NCBI GenBank assembly: GCA_038146925.1
Contig: JAYQSP010000011.1
Coordinates: 170,888 to 234,887, forward strand
Source: Alphaproteobacteria bacterium
GTDB lineage: Bacteria > Pseudomonadota > Alphaproteobacteria > MPNO01 > UBA830
Length of the DNA: 64,000 nt
Direction of reading: 5' to 3'
The stretch's first letter is position 1; each line of letters begins with the position of its first letter. Below, piece by piece: positions 58,682 to 64,000 of the stretch. Made by a program: the position numbers and the translations under genes. A model generated the notes under the pieces. The model was not told the origin of the DNA and did not search any database. It was given only the letters and a program-made list of their open reading frames with translations.

Positions 58682-60043
58682 TCAGACCCTGGCCTTGGCC
58701 CGCTCTGCGTCCTGGCGTTCTTTCAGCGCCTTCCGCAGCGCTTCCTCGGCGGCCTTGGTGTCTTTCAGGCCCTGTTTCCGGTCGACGGGGACCGGTTCCT
58801 TCTGGTCAGCCCGCGGCAGTTTTTCCACCGGGTAGGTCGCAATCTTGTCGTTACCCATCGATGTATCGCGGTCGAGCGACAGGTCGCGCGCATTGGCGTT
58901 GTCCGAATGGAAGGACCGGCCGTCTTTCTTTTTCGTTTCGAGGTCGAGCCACCAGCGATTGGCCTCGCCGCGCGTACCGTAACCCATCTTGTCGTCCAGC
59001 CAGATCAGGAACCGCCGCGACCACGGCAGCTTGATAGCCGCCCACATGGCGAGGCGATGCTGCAGCAGGCCTTCCTTGTTCCAGGGGCACATCTTCATGC
59101 AGCGGCCGCAGGACGAGCCCTTGGCGTTGGTCACCCGGTACTTGGTGCATTTTTCGACGTCGGGCTTCCAGATTTCGTAGCCGTTGTAGAGCACTTTGTC
59201 GCCGAACGGGATGGCCTGGGCCGGGCATTCGCGGGCGCATTTTTTGCACTTGGAGCAGAAATCCTGCAGTCCGAAATCGATCGGCTTGTCGGTCGCCATC
59301 GGCAGGTTGGTGGTGATGATGGCTGTCTTGTGGCGGGGGCCGATAAAGGGGTTGAGCACCAGTTCGCCGATCCGGCTCATCTCGCCCAATCCGGCCAGCA
59401 GCATCAGCGGAATCTGCATCACGTCGCCGTCGGCGTTGGAATGCGCCTGCGCCTCGTACCCCAGCCGCCGGATATAATCGGCCACGATCACCGCGGTGGT
59501 CGATCCTTTCAGATAGGCGCGGTAGCTCTGCGCGCCGGACACCCAGTCGTCGCCGGAGGAGGAATCCAGGGTTTCCCAGCGCTGGTCGTTGACGACGACG
59601 ATGGCGTATTTGTGTTTCGCCTCGATCGGCTTGCCGTCCATGTCTTCGCTGTACCACGCCCAGTCCGGGCATTCGCAGATGCCGACCATGTCGGAATCGA
59701 GGAAGTAGCACAGCGACTTGATGTGCTTCGCGATCTCTGCCGGGTCGTCGGGCAGCTCCGCAGGGTCGGTATAGGGCTCGCCCTTGTGGATCGGCACCTG
59801 CGTCCAGTGCACGTGGCCCATGGCGGCGTTCAGCGGGTTCTTTGTGATAAAGCGGCGGATTTCCTTGCCCGCCTTGGGGCCAAGATCCCCAAAAAACGCG
59901 CGGACGAAAAAGCCCGCGCGTTTCGGGAGGCGCTGGATATTGTCCGTGATCAGGGTCGTCGGTTCGTCCACGCGTTTGATCTTTTCCATCGGGTACTGAC
60001 CCATATGGAGCGGCCGGTTGCGCTTGGAGAATATGCCGAGCAT
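58682..60043 (-). CDS. reductive-dehalogenase-family (RdhA/QueG superfamily) cobalamin/Fe-S-type protein; no TAT signal and no RdhB gene; ends in a ~100-aa Lys/Glu-rich tail
   Basis: Two 4Fe-4S ferredoxin motifs (CSKCKKCARECP, CGRCMKMCPWNKEG) preceded by an RdhA-like LAGLGE...LNPFIGPRHKTAIITTNLPM core. Confidence 0.55.
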   Translation of the reverse strand: MLGIFSKRNRPLHMGQYPMEKIKRVDEPTTLITDNIQRLPKRAGFFVRAFFGDLGPKAGKEIRRFITKNPLNAAMGHVHWTQVPIHKGEPYTDPAELPDDPAEIAKHIKSLCYFLDSDMVGICECPDWAWYSEDMDGKPIEAKHKYAIVVVNDQRWETLDSSSGDDWVSGAQSYRAYLKGSTTAVIVADYIRRLGYEAQAHSNADGDVMQIPLMLLAGLGEMSRIGELVLNPFIGPRHKTAIITTNLPMATDKPIDFGLQDFCSKCKKCARECPAQAIPFGDKVLYNGYEIWKPDVEKCTKYRVTNAKGSSCGRCMKMCPWNKEGLLQHRLAMWAAIKLPWSRRFLIWLDDKMGYGTRGEANRWWLDLETKKKDGRSFHSDNANARDLSLDRDTSMGNDKIATYPVEKLPRADQKEPVPVDRKQGLKDTKAAEEALRKALKERQDAERAKARV

Positions 60044-60054
60044 TTCGATTGCCC

Positions 60055-60873
60055 TCAGGGAAGCCGGACGACTTCGTTGTTACTGCGCGTTTTCTTGTCG
60101 AGGAATTTTTCCAGCGCCTGCTTGAAATAGGGGTGCATGACCGATTCCCGTACGTTCTGGATCTCGAATTCGGTCGCTTCCTCGATCGACCGGCGCCAGC
60201 CCATGTGAAAGCTTTCCTTCGCCATGCCCTGCAGATGCGTCGGCCCGGCCGCGAGATCGCGCGCGATCTGCGAGGCGTTTTCCTTGAAGTCTTCCCTGGA
60301 ATAGACCCGGTTGACGATCTGCCAGTCGAGCGCGTCCTGAGCGCTGAGCGTCCGGTTGGTGTACATCAGCTCCATCGCGCGCCGAAAACCCACGATCTTG
60401 ACCAGCGAATAGCTGGTCGATGCGTCATTGGCGAGGCCGATCGAATGCCAGGCACACAGGAAACGGGCGTCGTCCGTGCAGACTGCCATGTCGGAGCACA
60501 GCGTGATGCCGAGACCCGATCCGGCCGCCGCGCCGTTCACGGCGGAGAAAACGGGTTTCTTGATGCGGACGATCATGTGGAAAACCTGATGCCACCACAT
60601 GGCCAGTTCGCGGAAATGCGACGAGATGCCCTCCTGCCCGTCGCCGACATCCGGAATTTCCTTCAGATTGAACCCGGCGCAGAACGATTCGCCGGCGCCG
60701 GTAAACAGCACGGCGCCCACATTGTCGTCCGCCTCGGCGTGGAACAGCGCGTCGAGCGTTTCCTGAACGCCCTGCAGGTCCAGCGCGTTGCCGTATTGCG
60801 GCAGGTTGAAAATAATCTTCGCGACGCCGTCTTCGACGACGTAGATGATGCTTTTGTAATCGGGGTTCGACAA
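60055..60873 (-). CDS. enoyl-CoA hydratase/isomerase (crotonase) family protein; a TTG start after AGGAGG is proposed
   Basis: FTGAGESFCAGFNL oxyanion-hole motif. Confidence 0.8.
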   Translation of the reverse strand: MSNPDYKSIIYVVEDGVAKIIFNLPQYGNALDLQGVQETLDALFHAEADDNVGAVLFTGAGESFCAGFNLKEIPDVGDGQEGISSHFRELAMWWHQVFHMIVRIKKPVFSAVNGAAAGSGLGITLCSDMAVCTDDARFLCAWHSIGLANDASTSYSLVKIVGFRRAMELMYTNRTLSAQDALDWQIVNRVYSREDFKENASQIARDLAAGPTHLQGMAKESFHMGWRRSIEEATEFEIQNVRESVMHPYFKQALEKFLDKKTRSNNEVVRLP

Positions 60874-60937
60874 AGTTCCGCCTCCTGTATCTGATCGTAT
60901 CAGATGAGGCGAACGCGGAACAACCGATTCGCCCGAC

Positions 60938-61372
60938 CTAGTTGAGCTGTTCGGCTTTCCGAATGATTTTCTGCAGCGCCCGGACCATGGCATCCGATTC
61001 GTCACTGTCGATCGCGGACATCAGTTCGTTGTAGCGCTTGTTCGCGGTCGGCGAGATCTTGTCGTAGAGCTTCCGGCCCTTGGACGTCAGCGCCAGCCGA
61101 TAGCTGCGCCGGTCGTCCGGGTCGCGTTCCCGGGTGACGCAGCCATTGTCGACCAGGCGCTGTATCGCCCGGTTTACCGACATTTTTTCCATGGCCCATC
61201 GATTGGTGATCTCTGCCGCGGAGACGCCTTTTTCCGAGGTCAGGGTCAGCAGCACGCGCCATTCGGCGATAGTGATGCCGAACTTGGTCTCTATCTCGCC
61301 GTGAAAGGCGCGTCCGATCCGGTTCGAGAGAACATGAACCAGGGACAGCGGTTTATCGTCTGCGATCGCCAT
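60938..61372 (-). CDS. MarR-family transcriptional regulator
   Basis: 144 aa winged-helix MarR signature. Confidence 0.85.
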   Translation of the reverse strand: MAIADDKPLSLVHVLSNRIGRAFHGEIETKFGITIAEWRVLLTLTSEKGVSAAEITNRWAMEKMSVNRAIQRLVDNGCVTRERDPDDRRSYRLALTSKGRKLYDKISPTANKRYNELMSAIDSDESDAMVRALQKIIRKAEQLN

Positions 61373-61393
61373 GTCCCGATTATAGCAGAAAAT

Positions 61394-62500
61394 CTATTCC
61401 GCTGCCTCCGAATGACCGATCGCGGCGTTGACGGCGGGCATGACCTTTTCGGCCATCAGCTCCATAGACCGGCGGCCGAGCTCCTTGTCTTCCCAGTCCT
61501 TGCCGGCATAAAGCAGTGTGCCGAAATCGCCCGTGACCTCGCGGAAGGCGAGGATCTGATCGACGACGCTGTTCACGTCGCCCGCGATGACGAGATTATC
61601 GACGATGAAATCGAGATTCAGGTCCTCGTCCGGGAAATCGCGTTCGGGCTTGAAGACTTCGTGCCGGTTGCCTTTTTTCAGCTTGGTGAAAAGCTGATTG
61701 TAATAGAACCGGTAGGGACTGCGTTCGTTCTCCTTGCCGTAATCGATTGCGGTCTTGTGATCGTCGTGGACGAAGATCGACCGCGCCACGCGCCAGTCCG
61801 CCGTATTGGCCTCGCGCCCGCCTTCCTCGCAGCCCTGGGCGTAATTGGTCCAGTGGGTTTTGACCCATTTGTCGAGCAGGAAGTTGGCCGAGATCGGCAG
61901 GAAGCCCTTCTTGCCCATTTCGATCACGCCCTTGGAAAACGGCGCGACCACGGTGCAGACAACCGGCGGATAGGGTTTCTGGTAAGGTTTGGCGATCGGG
62001 CCCAGGCCGATTTCCGCAAACTGGGTTTCGCGGGTCGAAATGTTCCAGAAATCGCCTTTCAGATCGTAGGGCGGTTCGCCCGTCCAGATATTGAGAATGT
62101 GATCGATCGCTTCTGCGAACATCGCGTTGCGGTCGATGCCGCGGATGCCCAGCGCCTCGGCATCGGATTCCAGCGCCCCGGGGCTGACACCGAAAATAAA
62201 GCGGCCCTTCAGAAGGTGATCCATCATCGCCGCATGGGCCGCGACCAGAACCGGGTGACTGTGGGACAGGTTGGACGTGCCGGTCCCAAGTTTGATCTGC
62301 TTGGTATCCGAAATCAGACTCGCCTGGAACAGCATCGAGCTGGTGATGCTCTCGGCGGCATCGGTCAGGTGTTCGCCGACATAGGCCTCTGAATAGCCCA
62401 GCCTGTCGGCCAGGATGATGGCTTCGCGGTCTTCCTGCAGACACTCCGTATAGTCCCGGTCCAGCCGGTGCACCGGCATGGTGAAAAATCCGATTTTCAT
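61394..62500 (-). CDS. LLM-class (luciferase-like) flavin-dependent oxidoreductase; start at MKIGFF after a GAGGAA ribosome-binding site
   Basis: 368 aa TIM-barrel LLM motifs. Confidence 0.85.
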   Translation of the reverse strand: MKIGFFTMPVHRLDRDYTECLQEDREAIILADRLGYSEAYVGEHLTDAAESITSSMLFQASLISDTKQIKLGTGTSNLSHSHPVLVAAHAAMMDHLLKGRFIFGVSPGALESDAEALGIRGIDRNAMFAEAIDHILNIWTGEPPYDLKGDFWNISTRETQFAEIGLGPIAKPYQKPYPPVVCTVVAPFSKGVIEMGKKGFLPISANFLLDKWVKTHWTNYAQGCEEGGREANTADWRVARSIFVHDDHKTAIDYGKENERSPYRFYYNQLFTKLKKGNRHEVFKPERDFPDEDLNLDFIVDNLVIAGDVNSVVDQILAFREVTGDFGTLLYAGKDWEDKELGRRSMELMAEKVMPAVNAAIGHSEAAE

Positions 62501-62589
62501 ATGGGCGTTCCTCGCTTCCTGTCTCTGCCCGATTTGTAGTTCATGAAGGTGAAAATGATAAGGGGCCCGTCTGATCGGCAAAATCGGAT

Positions 62590-63975
62590 TTATTGTGTGT
62601 CCTGCTCTGCGCCCACCAACCCGTCCACGAACTCCGCGTACGCCGCCATGTCGAATTTCCGGTTCAGGCCGTTGGCGTTCATGTAGCGGATCTTTCCGAA
62701 CACCGGGCGTTCGGTCCAGGCGCGGTCGTGGAGGCCGTAGCACCAGGCGACATTGGCGTAGGAATTCGGATCGCGGCCATCGAGGAAATATTTGTTATTC
62801 AGCGCCAGCGTCGTCTCGAAAGCCTGCCGCGGCGTCGGCGACCATTCGAGGATTTTCTTGGCCCAGTACATGCGCATGTAGTTGTGCATGAAGCCGGTAT
62901 GCACCATTTCGCGCATTGCATCGTTCCAGTGCGGGTCATGGGTGTCGCAGGCTGCCAGTTCTTCCATCGTGTACACATATTCGCGTTCGTCGCCGGCATG
63001 TTCGTCCAACGTCTTGCGCGCCCAGTCGGGGAGCGCATCGTAGCTGTCGAACTTCGGCTCGAACGCGACGTAGTTCATCGCAAGCTCGCGCCGCACGACC
63101 AGTTCCTCGATGAACGAGCCGCAGTCGTCGGACGATCCCGTGTCGGCGTCGCGTACGGCCAGCGCCATGTCGACCGGCGAGATATGCCCAAAGTGGAGAT
63201 AGGGGCTGAGGAACGACGTTTGCCCCGCCGACGGTTCGTTTCGGCCTTCGGCATAACCGTCGAGGATCTCGGTGCCAAAGGAATCGAGCCGGCGCCGGGC
63301 TTCGTTTTCGCCGCCCCTGAAGCGGCTGACCGGGGGCACGGACCGGTCCAGCTCGAGTTTGGCCAGAGCTGCCGCCGGGTCCGCGACGTCGATGTCGCTT
63401 TCGAGGCCGAGCTTGCGGGCCGATAATTCCGGTTCGGTTTCGTCCAGCGGCACCAGATATTCGTCCCATACCCGATGGATTTTCGGGCGGATCGTGCGTG
63501 CCGCGTATTCGGATTTGTCCGATACCACGTCGACCGGCACCACGACTTCGGTTTCGACCTGCACCACCGCGCAATCCGCGGCCTCGGCAAGCTGCTTCCG
63601 CCAGCCGATCTGGGCGGGCATGTAGCTGCGATCGCAGATCACGGCTGCCGCATCCTGCGCCAGGTCGATCGCCACCTCTGCCGGCATGGCGCGCCGGACG
63701 ACGAAGGCGATGCCGCGCTTCTTCAGGTTTTCCGCGACGTCCGAGAGACCTTCGAGCATGAAGGCGTAGTGCCGCGCATTGGCTTCCGGGTACCCGTCCA
63801 TCAGACCGAAGCAGACGACGACCGGCAGGCCGTATTTGTTGGCGCCGCGGATTGCCGTTTCCAGTGCCGGATTGCCATGCGTCCGCTGCGCCTCCTGCAT
63901 CCAGTAGAGGACATAGGCGCCGTTTTCCCGGCGTTTGCAGTCGTTGAGCTTTCGAATGCGGGTGTCTTGAATCAC
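62590..63975 (-). CDS. class II CPD deoxyribodipyrimidine photolyase
   Basis: YVLYWMQEAQRTHGNPAL N-terminus and a C-terminal FAD-binding region. Confidence 0.75.
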   Translation of the reverse strand: MIQDTRIRKLNDCKRRENGAYVLYWMQEAQRTHGNPALETAIRGANKYGLPVVVCFGLMDGYPEANARHYAFMLEGLSDVAENLKKRGIAFVVRRAMPAEVAIDLAQDAAAVICDRSYMPAQIGWRKQLAEAADCAVVQVETEVVVPVDVVSDKSEYAARTIRPKIHRVWDEYLVPLDETEPELSARKLGLESDIDVADPAAALAKLELDRSVPPVSRFRGGENEARRRLDSFGTEILDGYAEGRNEPSAGQTSFLSPYLHFGHISPVDMALAVRDADTGSSDDCGSFIEELVVRRELAMNYVAFEPKFDSYDALPDWARKTLDEHAGDEREYVYTMEELAACDTHDPHWNDAMREMVHTGFMHNYMRMYWAKKILEWSPTPRQAFETTLALNNKYFLDGRDPNSYANVAWCYGLHDRAWTERPVFGKIRYMNANGLNRKFDMAAYAEFVDGLVGAEQDTQ

Positions 63976-64000
63976 GATTGCTCCCCCGCCAGTCTACGTC

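Noticed and set aside
1-64000. Mobile elements, CRISPR arrays, rRNA
   Set aside because: I saw no transposase, integrase or recombinase-like ORFs, no regularly spaced direct-repeat arrays, and no rRNA-like sequence. The only RNA gene found is tRNA-Val.

Overview
The window is high-GC (about 63-65%) chromosomal DNA with alphaproteobacterial (Rhodospirillales-like) gene order. It carries argD-argF-hslO, a minus-strand run of ctaA / metZ / apaG / trkH-argE, a cpdR-like single-domain response regulator, and one tRNA-Val(GAC). There is no transposase, integrase, CRISPR array or rRNA. The left half is mostly core genes: fhs, an MscS-family channel, arginine biosynthesis, metZ, a DinG-family Fe-S helicase, and an acyl-CoA dehydrogenase / CoA-transferase / hotdog-hydratase trio. 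From about 44 kb onward it is an accessory oxidative-catabolic region: two of the three Rieske alpha/beta oxygenase pairs in the window, an FAD monooxygenase, a GMC oxidoreductase, a VOC protein, an SdhAB-like soluble flavoprotein/FeS pair, an AEC transporter, a reductive-dehalogenase-family Fe-S protein, a crotonase, MarR, an LLM oxidoreductase and a class II photolyase. The main second-look items are three clean in-frame stop codons (two TAG, one TAA) inside otherwise intact, conserved genes (M19 dipeptidase, cpdR, radical-SAM/SPASM) with no frameshifts seen anywhere. A ~95-nt promoter-to-terminator small-RNA candidate with an exposed CCUCCC motif lies at 33.3 kb. tRNA-Val directly abuts a truncated coxM-like gene fragment and a ~6.8-kb islet carrying a lower-GC O-antigen-ligase-like gene and a radical-SAM gene. 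Several strong palindromic or REP-like intergenic elements are present. Many long GC-driven antisense ORFs in the six-frame track are spurious and were not called.
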